DNA of 64,000 nucleotides from a virus (IMGVR_UViG_3300042013_000103), one strand, 5' to 3'. Positions 40,616-47,277 are shown, counted from the stretch's first letter. Numbers and translations are program-made. The notes: generated by a model from the sequence alone, not told the origin.

Positions 40616-40664
40616 CAAAAAAGAAACGGCATAAGCCCTCTCCCGAAGGAGAGGGCGATATGTC
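40616..40664. terminator. bidirectional terminator between nrdB and the endonuclease
   Basis: GCCCTCTCC-CGAA-GGAGAGGGC with an A-tract. Confidence 0.8.
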
Positions 40665-40665
40665 A

Positions 40666-41352
40666 TTAAACGTAGAACCAGTCTTTCCACTGCGGCGAGT
40701 TTGATTTTAATCGAAGACGAGTTGTGTCGGCCCTAGTGTTATTCTGCCTAGCCGCTTCACGTGAGCTTGCATAGACGATTCCATTTATTGAAACCTTCTT
40801 ACTGCGCGCACGATTTCTAGCCCGACACATCTCCGCAATGGATTCAGGTTGCGGCTTTCCTTTCTTTTGGGTGGATAGTATCTGTTTGGTTAGATCTGAA
40901 GTAATTCTTCCAGTTAGGGCTGCACTTATTTTCTTCCTTACCTCTTCACTAACGACCGCCCCCTTCATGCGTTCCGACAGGCGTTGTCTATGAGCAGCAT
41001 CATACACCCTACCTTTATTAGAAATCCTAGCATCCATCGCGAGGTTTAACAATAACCCTGTTGGAGCATAATGGTTGATAAGGGCTTGTTCTACGTCATA
41101 GGCATCTTCGCGAGTCTTGGTTACATAGAACACTTTATTAAAATTAGGGTTTTCATTGTAAGCAGCCTGGAATTGATGATTAATGTGATAGTTACCCTTT
41201 AGTAACGTTAGATGGTTGGCAGCACGTAAACCGATCCGTGTGGAACTACCCACGTAGACTTTCCGGGTCTTCTCTTGGTAGAGACAATACACTCCGGTAG
41301 TCCATGATGTGTTAGTAATGTGGTCTGGATGAGGAATTAAAGTATTTAACAT
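40666..41352 (-). CDS. free-standing GIY-YIG homing endonuclease with NUMOD3 repeats (start MLNTLI)
   Basis: GVYCLY...KVYVGSS...R..NH; NUMOD3-like repeats (RQRLSERMKG, RKKISAALTG); C-terminal INGIVYASSREAAR HTH; AAGGAG RBS. Confidence 0.9.
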   Translation of the reverse strand: MLNTLIPHPDHITNTSWTTGVYCLYQEKTRKVYVGSSTRIGLRAANHLTLLKGNYHINHQFQAAYNENPNFNKVFYVTKTREDAYDVEQALINHYAPTGLLLNLAMDARISNKGRVYDAAHRQRLSERMKGAVVSEEVRKKISAALTGRITSDLTKQILSTQKKGKPQPESIAEMCRARNRARSKKVSINGIVYASSREAARQNNTRADTTRLRLKSNSPQWKDWFYV

Positions 41353-41401
41353 AAATACTCCTTTAAGTAAAGATGATCTCCGTTGAACTACGTTCACCGA
41401 A

Positions 41402-41411
41402 ATAATATAGT
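41402..41411 (-). promoter_or_regulatory. early-promoter-like ACTATATTAT upstream of the endonuclease
   Basis: One mismatch to the window's ACTATATTAC motif. Confidence 0.55.
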
Positions 41412-41423
41412 CACATAACGTGT

Positions 41424-41489
41424 TCGAATCCATTGTACCAAGTTAACCTGATGGACTCGCATGGCGAACAAGAAGTGTTCGAGATGTAA
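41424..41489 (+). pseudogene. stranded duplicate of the nrdB 3' end (SNPLYQVNLMDSHGEQEVFEM*)
   Basis: Aligns ungapped to nrdB SQTAYMVNLMDAAGEQEVFDM* (14/21 identical aa, same stop position); no start codon. Confidence 0.85.
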
Positions 41490-41572
41490 TGCTATGTATT
41501 GCTGTACCCATCCCGTGGCAAAGAACCCTTTACTTTTCTTGGAAGGGTTTTTACTGCGCGGTGGCGTTAACC

Positions 41573-41605
41573 CATAGGGGTCCGCCTTCGGGCGGGCTCT
41601 TATGT
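41573..41605 (+). terminator. intrinsic terminator
   Basis: GGGTCCGCC-TTCG-GGCGGGCTC-TTATG. Confidence 0.7.
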
Positions 41606-41655
41606 CGTCAATTTTATGTAACGTCATTTAAACTTTCTGAAACTGAGTAGCCCTC

Positions 41656-43806
41656 ATGAATACTTCCGAACAACAAACACCCACGGATGGCGGGGATCAA
41701 CCACCATTGCACGAAGACAACTCACGTGAAGACCCTGCTAACCGTCCGGAACCCACGGAAGATGAAGGCTCGCGTCAACACCACGTCATTCCGACCGAAC
41801 CCTTGGCGGAACCGGATTACGACCTGTGCCCGGAAGGCAACACCCCTGGGGCCGGCAACATCTACGCCATGGAACGCTTCCTCGACCGTACTCAGTTTAA
41901 AGAACTGGTGGGCACCCCGAGCCTGGAAACGTTCCTGTTCGGTCCCCACGTGACCCCCGCTGAAACAGAAGCCGCCACGTTCACGTTCCAGGAGCACATT
42001 TACCGATCGTCGGACTTGCAGAAGTTGGTGGACTGCATTCCCGTTACGCAGTTCCCTTTGGAGAAGCTTCAGTGGATGGCGGGTTTGCCGTTTGATCAAG
42101 CCCTGGTGGATGCTGCTGACCTCAGCTTGCCGGTGGTCGTGACCGAACACGAGATGGGCAGTTGGACCGCCCCGGATGGGCTGCCGCGTGTTATTAAAGC
42201 CCTGCAGCAGAAAGCCGTCACCCTCCCCGCCAAAGTGGTCCCGCCTGGGTTTGAATTGAGCCTGCATCCAGTCAAGCCAGGCAACGAAGGGGTGTTCGAC
42301 TTCTTTAAGAAACTGTTCCAGCCTTCCCCCAAAGCCCACGACGCCAACGCGGTGAAGGTGCTGGAGAGCCAGTACAAGAACCTGACCTGGCTGAACCAAC
42401 AAAGCTTTGCGGAAGGGGAGATTGACTTGGGCAAAGCGGGCAAAGCACTGGCCATTAAAGGCAAGGTACCCGCGGACATTCAAACCGCCGTGACCTTGGC
42501 GCTGAAAGAGTTCGGGGACGCCAGTCGGGATTTGGTCAAAGCACTCAAGCCGATTTTGGGTGAGGTCGATGAACGGCTGGATGATGTGTACGACAGCAGT
42601 TCGGCTGAGTGGGAAATGGACCAAATAGCGGATCTGGTGGATGAAGCCAACACCCTGATTCGCAATGCCACGGCTGCCTTTACCTTGGGTGACGACAAGG
42701 TCACCTCGACCACCACCAAAGCGCTGGATGCCAAAGGCGTGCAACAGTTGGCGACGGGGTTGCTGAAGTTGATCGCTCTGTACGAGACCACCCGGCAACA
42801 GTTGGGGAACCTCGGCGTGGCGGAAGCCGAATGGCAAATGGCGGACATCCTGACCGAATACCCGGATCAGACGTTGGCGGAAAGTTCCTTTGCAGGCTTT
42901 CGTATCTTGGACGAACTCGAAGAAGTGATTCGGGTGTTGACCATCGCCATTGACAAATCGATCAAGGCCACCGGTGGCACTCCATCCACGGTGTCCAAAG
43001 AAGGCTTTGGGGATTTCATCAAAGGGCTATTCACCAAGAAACCGGTGGAAGTGGATTTCCGTAACCTCACGGAAGTGCGGCGCAAACTGAAAGAAACCCT
43101 GTTGTCGGATAAGTGGTTGGCCCAACAGGGTTTCATCACCGATGACGTGACCTTGGTGGTACCGGCTTTCTTGGTGACCGGCGACTACAGTTCCGTCGTG
43201 CGCATCATGGAGAACAGCGCCAAAGGGGCGATTGCCAAAAACAAGGCCGCCTTGCAGACGTGGTACGCGACGTGGGAACGCATTAACAAATACGCCACCA
43301 GCGGTGATATGAACAGTTGGACCGTTGCCGGCGTCCGCGACATGATCGACAGCGTGGACACCGACGCCGACATTGATTTCGTGGACATGCCGGATCTGAT
43401 GAAAGGTCCCCGTTCGGTGAAACTCCCTGCCCTTAATGCCGCTCAGGTTAAAGCGGTGGCTGAAGTGATCCTGGCGCTGAACGACTCCGACGTGGGGTTT
43501 TTCCGGAAGTCGGTGGAAGGCCAATGGCGCGACGATAACTTCTTGGGCAAAGGGGACATCAGCAAGTGGGATCAAAACAGTGCGTTCAGCAAAGAACGTT
43601 TGGCCACCATCAAAGACCCTGCGGTAAAGGCGGCGGTCGATGAATTGTTTGAAACCTGTGAACATGCGTGCAACAACGTGTTCAAAGGGTTCTTCAACGG
43701 CATGGACGTGTACTGGCACAACCATCATCACACCGCGACGCTGCTGGTGGCGTGGATTGAGAAGTCGCTGGGCAAGACCGTGTCGAAAGAAGTCTACGTG
43801 AAATAA
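41656..43806 (+). CDS. probable virion internal-head protein, protease-processed, with ParB-like N-terminal domain and two repeated domains
   Basis: GNE|GVFDFFKKLF and SKE|GFGDFIKGLF repeats match the S/A/G-x-E head-protease site; DLSLPVVV...DGLPRVIKA...LPAKV is ParB-like. Confidence 0.65.
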   Translation: MNTSEQQTPTDGGDQPPLHEDNSREDPANRPEPTEDEGSRQHHVIPTEPLAEPDYDLCPEGNTPGAGNIYAMERFLDRTQFKELVGTPSLETFLFGPHVTPAETEAATFTFQEHIYRSSDLQKLVDCIPVTQFPLEKLQWMAGLPFDQALVDAADLSLPVVVTEHEMGSWTAPDGLPRVIKALQQKAVTLPAKVVPPGFELSLHPVKPGNEGVFDFFKKLFQPSPKAHDANAVKVLESQYKNLTWLNQQSFAEGEIDLGKAGKALAIKGKVPADIQTAVTLALKEFGDASRDLVKALKPILGEVDERLDDVYDSSSAEWEMDQIADLVDEANTLIRNATAAFTLGDDKVTSTTTKALDAKGVQQLATGLLKLIALYETTRQQLGNLGVAEAEWQMADILTEYPDQTLAESSFAGFRILDELEEVIRVLTIAIDKSIKATGGTPSTVSKEGFGDFIKGLFTKKPVEVDFRNLTEVRRKLKETLLSDKWLAQQGFITDDVTLVVPAFLVTGDYSSVVRIMENSAKGAIAKNKAALQTWYATWERINKYATSGDMNSWTVAGVRDMIDSVDTDADIDFVDMPDLMKGPRSVKLPALNAAQVKAVAEVILALNDSDVGFFRKSVEGQWRDDNFLGKGDISKWDQNSAFSKERLATIKDPAVKAAVDELFETCEHACNNVFKGFFNGMDVYWHNHHHTATLLVAWIEKSLGKTVSKEVYVK

Positions 43807-43826
43807 TACTCAACTGTCCTGTTATA

Positions 43827-43948
43827 TAGGTGAAGATGTCGCTGAGCGCTCCCCATGCTGGGGAAGGTGCTAGTACCGGTCGTATGTGTATCGGTCAGTT
43901 GGGGAAACCCAACCACCCAGCGGCATCTTCATCCTACCTTTATGTTTT
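43827..43948 (+). ncRNA. putative structured RNA, copy 1 of a five-helix motif
   Basis: 18-bp terminal helix with one bulge and one G-U, inner P2-P5, GAAA tetraloop, U-rich tail; second copy at 44853. Confidence 0.7.
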
Positions 43949-43965
43949 ATTTCGGAGAATACGTC

Positions 43966-44148
43966 ATGACCACCACCATCACCATTGCAGCTCATTGCAC
44001 CCCCGACAAAGAAGTCTCGGTTCGCATCCTGGACCACACCAACGGCACCGTGGTGGAAACGTTTGCCATGCAAGACGGCGACACGACCAACCGTGTGGTG
44101 TTTGATGGCCGTGAACTCACCGTGTCCGAAGTGCTGAAAGCGAAGTAA
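43966..44148 (+). CDS. 60-aa beta-rich protein MTTTITIAAHCTPDKEVSVRI...
   Basis: GGAG RBS; track start at 43855 rejected because it lies inside the RNA motif. Confidence 0.75.
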   Translation: MTTTITIAAHCTPDKEVSVRILDHTNGTVVETFAMQDGDTTNRVVFDGRELTVSEVLKAK

Positions 44149-44151
44149 CCC

Positions 44152-44829
44152 ATGACCGTCGATATCAGCACATACCTCATCGCCACCCCGTTGCCCGTGT
44201 CGGACACCAACCCAGTGGCGCTGGAACTCATGGGGGCACAAGCGTTGATCGATTGCCCCACGGTGATTCAGCAACTGGAGGATGGGTCGGTGCAGTTGTC
44301 CGCCCCTACCTTGGGCGCGTCCAGCAAAAGCACGCACCGTACCCGCTGTGAATGGAAGGACGCTGCGTACTGGGCCTTGGACAGTGCCGCACACCACTGG
44401 AGCCGCCAAGAGCTGACCTTGCTTAAAGTCAACTCAGCGGAAAAAGTGGTGGTGGCCCAGATCCACGTGAAAGGCGCCACCACCCCACCCCTGAAAGTGT
44501 TCTGGGATAAAGGTAAGCTTCGCATCGGGTTCCGGGCCAGTTTTGTTGACCCGGCCATCGCCAGCTCGACGCTCCTGTACAACGTGCCTTTGAACACCCC
44601 CTTCAAAATCGCCATACACGCCACCCTGGGTGGTTCTGTGTCGGTGACGGTGTCGTGTGAGGGGAACAAGGTAACGAGTCCTGTGCTGCGTCTGGACGCG
44701 TCGTGGAAGGATCAGTTGTTCCAGTTCCACGGTGGTATCTACAATCAAGTGGATTACACCGAAGAAACCTCGGCAGAAGATGGGTCGGTGTGCGTGATCA
44801 GTTCGCTGGTCACCACGCACGGTGCATAA
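44152..44829 (+). CDS. polysaccharide lyase family 7 (alginate lyase-like)
   Basis: RTRCEWK (cf. RxELR), QIH, FQFHGGIYNQ (cf. YFKAGxYxQ); ~225-aa jelly-roll size. Confidence 0.8.
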   Translation: MTVDISTYLIATPLPVSDTNPVALELMGAQALIDCPTVIQQLEDGSVQLSAPTLGASSKSTHRTRCEWKDAAYWALDSAAHHWSRQELTLLKVNSAEKVVVAQIHVKGATTPPLKVFWDKGKLRIGFRASFVDPAIASSTLLYNVPLNTPFKIAIHATLGGSVSVTVSCEGNKVTSPVLRLDASWKDQLFQFHGGIYNQVDYTEETSAEDGSVCVISSLVTTHGA

Positions 44830-44852
44830 AACTACCCGGGTGTAAACTAGTA

Positions 44853-44971
44853 TAGGTGAAGATGTCGCCGAAAAGTCCCTGATGATGGGATGGTGCAAAG
44901 GTCGGGCAATACGTCTGGCTAATCGGGGAAACCCCAGCATCCTGCGACATCTTCACCCTAGCTTTATGTTT
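44853..44971 (+). ncRNA. putative structured RNA, copy 2 of a five-helix motif
   Basis: 16-bp terminal helix with a bulge at the same position as copy 1, P2-P5, GAAA loop, CTTTATGTTT tail. Confidence 0.7.
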
Positions 44972-44990
44972 CAAAGGACCGGTATGGTAT

Positions 44991-45079
44991 ACGGGTTCTT
45001 GCACCGAGCGTGAGATAGAGCCTCCCAAGCTCTGTCGCCGGGGCTGAGGATCGCGGTTAGCTCAGTTCAAAAAACCCGC
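44991..45079 (+). ncRNA. possible three-way-junction RNA
   Basis: CGGGTT/AACCCG closing stem; GATAGAGC/GCTCTGTC and GGGCTGAG/CTCAGTTC hairpins. Confidence 0.35.
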
Positions 45080-45098
45080 CCAAATTTCGAGGTTCAAT

Positions 45099-45257
45099 AT
45101 GATCCGACCATTCACGTTGAGTGATATAAAACCCTTACCTAACGCCAACGGCCGAGAGCACAGTTTAGACATGGTTCGTAGGTATCAGGAAGCGCAGGCT
45201 AAGCTGGAAGCGATCTGCAAAGAGAAAGGCATTCCTGTGCCGATCATGGTTTGTTGA
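45099..45257 (+). CDS. 52-aa protein MIRPFTLSDIKPLPNANGREHSLDMVRRYQEAQAKLEAICKEKGIPVPIMVC
   Basis: Hand-called; GAGGT RBS; 3 nt before next gene. Confidence 0.55.
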   Translation: MIRPFTLSDIKPLPNANGREHSLDMVRRYQEAQAKLEAICKEKGIPVPIMVC

Positions 45258-45260
45258 GCC

Positions 45261-45455
45261 ATGAGTCTCGCTGCCTTGATCCAACTCACTGAACGCTTAA
45301 AGAATCAAACCCCCGATGAAAGGGCTGCCCGACATAAGGCGGCCAATGAACGGTTGCGCCTATTCAACATCGAGTGCGAACAACGCATTCGAGACTCGAT
45401 CCCCACCCAAGCACAATTGAACAAAGTGTGTAACTGGGGTACTTTACACGGATAA
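45261..45455 (+). CDS. small hypothetical protein
   Basis: ORF track. Confidence 0.6.
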   Translation: MSLAALIQLTERLKNQTPDERAARHKAANERLRLFNIECEQRIRDSIPTQAQLNKVCNWGTLHG

Positions 45456-45460
45456 AACGA

Positions 45461-45590
45461 ATCTGCTGCAGCGGATAATGCAATGCATCCGGATTACGAT
45501 AGTGCCAGCGCCTCGTAAGCGTGAGAAGACCCTAGGCCTCAGGATGAGGGAAAAGACCCGTAGCCGGCGGAGAGCGTTACATTAACACCA
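45461..45590 (+). ncRNA. possible structured RNA (nested long hairpin with two apical hairpins)
   Basis: TAATGCAATGC/GCGTTACATTA and CCGGATTACG/CGTAGCCGG nested stems; followed by a terminator. Confidence 0.45.
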
Positions 45591-45594
45591 CCCA

Positions 45595-45618
45595 GGGAGA
45601 TCTTCGGATCTCCTTTAT
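45595..45618 (+). terminator. intrinsic terminator
   Basis: GGAGATC-TTCG-GATCTCC-TTTAT. Confidence 0.75.
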
Positions 45619-45637
45619 AACGCAACAGGACTTTACC

Positions 45638-45946
45638 ATGACCGCAGCCATCCATGAATTTCCCGTTTACAAAATCGTCCAGACCAACAACAGTTCACGC
45701 TGGCCTTGTTGGAACGTGTTGTGTTCCGCCTACGGTGACTCCGGTTACCTGTACAGCTACGCCGCGGTAGAAAAATGGGTGGCGGGGCACATTACCCAAT
45801 ACGTGAAGTTATCGGACCATCTGGCGGTCGTTCGGGAACTGGAACAAACGGAGAAGCAAGCGAAGGATCTCGGCTATGCTAACTTAGAGGATGCCTTGGC
45901 TGATTTAGCCGTACTCAAGGAACAACGTGACTACCCGGGAAACTAA
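45638..45946 (+). CDS. hypothetical protein
   Basis: 102-aa ORF with an AGGA RBS. Confidence 0.7.
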   Translation: MTAAIHEFPVYKIVQTNNSSRWPCWNVLCSAYGDSGYLYSYAAVEKWVAGHITQYVKLSDHLAVVRELEQTEKQAKDLGYANLEDALADLAVLKEQRDYPGN

Positions 45947-45958
45947 CGTTTAACTCAC

Positions 45959-45984
45959 GAGAGGTCTTCGGATCTCTCTTATGC
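45959..45984 (+). terminator. intrinsic terminator
   Basis: GAGAGGTC-TTCG-GATCTCTC-TTATG. Confidence 0.7.
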
Positions 45985-46004
45985 TGTCTTGTACTGATAA
46001 CCCT

Positions 46005-46012
46005 TATATTAC
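46005..46012 (+). promoter_or_regulatory. early promoter motif TATATTAC
   Basis: Exact phiKZ early consensus just after a terminator and before 46047. Confidence 0.6.
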
Positions 46013-46046
46013 GTGCACTTTAGCACATTACCTCGAGACACCCATA

Positions 46047-46574
46047 ATGGCTATCTTTACACAAACCCGTGTTGATTACATGGGGATCATTGAAGCCCTG
46101 TTACAAGGCACCAATGAAAGTTATGAACGTAACAAAGAAGTGATGAACTGGGGCGACCACGCCGTTACTTTGCGCGATTGTCGCACGGTAGGATTCCTCA
46201 CCGGCCGTCAAACGGGCAAGGGAGAGTTCATCGCCGACTTCTACCGGAAGTACCCGAATGATACTTCGGTGTTGGTACGGGACGCCAAGCTCCAAAGTGT
46301 GGCAAGGGCGAACATCTTAAAAGGCGCTGATGGTCCCACGCCTCACGTCAGCGGTCCCGTGGCCGTGGCCACTGTGATTAAATCGCACATGGCCGATGTA
46401 ACGGCGGTTCCGGAAAGCGTATCTGACGACCCGTTGAACCGCCGTTACATCATCGTGGACGACGCCACGTTCTTCTTTGACATGTTGCATTCCATGGGCA
46501 TAAAGCGGAACAACTTCTTCCGGGCCATCGCCAGCCGGCGCGGCACCGACGTTAACATCATTTTAATAGGGTAA
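46047..46574 (+). CDS. small P-loop NTPase-like protein (start MAIFTQ)
   Basis: GRQTGKG Walker A and YIIVDD Walker B. Confidence 0.65.
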   Translation: MAIFTQTRVDYMGIIEALLQGTNESYERNKEVMNWGDHAVTLRDCRTVGFLTGRQTGKGEFIADFYRKYPNDTSVLVRDAKLQSVARANILKGADGPTPHVSGPVAVATVIKSHMADVTAVPESVSDDPLNRRYIIVDDATFFFDMLHSMGIKRNNFFRAIASRRGTDVNIILIG

Positions 46575-46579
46575 TCAAT

Positions 46580-47218
46580 ATGTTCAATCTGTTTCTAATG
46601 GGCCTTAAAGCGTGGGTGTTGTCTTACGTGAACGTCGCCCGGATCACCAGCTGGTTCGTCAGAGCAGACCTGTGGTGGAAAGGTTACCGTGTGGCCCAGT
46701 TGGAGGAGAACGTGGCTGTAATCGATCCACAGGAGCCCACCGAGGCAGAATGCAACTACTTGCAACTCCTCCGGCGCACGTTGGATACCCAATGCCTCCT
46801 CCCCCTGTTTGGTAATGACATTGACCCAACACAGCTGGGGAAGATCAAAGAGGAACTCTACGAATTCTTCCGTGAACGGTACCTCCAACAGAAGGCCCAA
46901 GAAGCAACTCCGGGGCCACGTGAATACACTTTCGAAGACGTGTTCATCCATGCTCGAAACGACTTGGTAATGGTCCTGTGGTTAGACCTGTGTTCGGCTG
47001 ACCGCATTCCCCTGTGGTACGCGATGACTGGCTTGACGTGTGTGAAGCCGAATCTCTTCGTTCAGGTCCATCGGGGTGGTAACCAGATCGTCAGTGAACA
47101 CGCGAACCAGCTGGAACTGTTCAACGCCGGTATCCAGGCCTTGTTGGCCCAAGAGAACCCCGACGTGAAAGAGTGGGTGGAACAAGTGGCAGCAGCGGAT
47201 GGTCGCAAAGTCGCTTAA
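46580..47218 (+). CDS. hypothetical protein
   Basis: 212-aa ORF. Confidence 0.7.
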   Translation: MFNLFLMGLKAWVLSYVNVARITSWFVRADLWWKGYRVAQLEENVAVIDPQEPTEAECNYLQLLRRTLDTQCLLPLFGNDIDPTQLGKIKEELYEFFRERYLQQKAQEATPGPREYTFEDVFIHARNDLVMVLWLDLCSADRIPLWYAMTGLTCVKPNLFVQVHRGGNQIVSEHANQLELFNAGIQALLAQENPDVKEWVEQVAAADGRKVA

Positions 47219-47228
47219 CGGCCAAGAC

Positions 47229-47275
47229 AAAAAAATAAGGCATAGAGCGTTCCCCTAGGGGAACGCTCATTATGT
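47229..47275. terminator. bidirectional terminator at the strand convergence
   Basis: GAGCGTTCCC-CTAG-GGGAACGCTC with an A-tract. Confidence 0.8.
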
Positions 47276-47277
47276 CG

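Larger units (their letters stand above)
40550..41423. mobile_element. homing-endonuclease insertion carrying a replacement nrdB 3' end, terminator, HE gene and promoter
   Basis: Lies between two copies of the nrdB C-terminal coding sequence; AT-rich relative to flanks; boundaries approximate. Confidence 0.75.

Noticed and set aside
41421-41432. GTTCGAATC T-loop-like sequence
   Set aside because: No D-arm or acceptor stem; it coincides with the junction of the nrdB remnant.
41394-41627. 77-aa minus-strand ORF (and a possible 53-aa plus-strand ORF from 41489)
   Set aside because: Both cross a terminator hairpin, the 77-aa ORF also overlaps the nrdB remnant and the endonuclease promoter, and composition is not protein-like.
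44879-44935. Hammerhead ribozyme (CTGATGA ... GAAAC in RNA copy 2)
   Set aside because: No stem III/UH arrangement, and copy 1 lacks CUGAUGA.
44870-44965. RNase P RNA resemblance (AAAGTCC, GGTGC, GGGGAAACCC; P7-P8-P9-like arrangement)
   Set aside because: Far too short, the P4 pseudoknot cannot form, the conserved 3' region is absent, and AAAGUCC is not kept in copy 1. At most a local structural analogy.
43827-44971. Canonical integron attC sites or a CRISPR repeat-spacer unit
   Set aside because: No RYYYAAC/GTTRRRY cores and no integrase in the window; only two copies about 1 kb apart with genes between them, and no cas genes.
45048-45110. tRNA-like fragments (GGTTAGCTCAGTT, GGTTCAA, terminal CCA)
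   Set aside because: 63 nt, no cloverleaf or anticodon arm can be folded, and it overlaps the RBS and start of the 52-aa ORF.
46740-46800. Thymidylate-synthase-like start (ECNYLQLLRRTL) in 46580-47218
   Set aside because: No catalytic PCH or other TS motifs follow.
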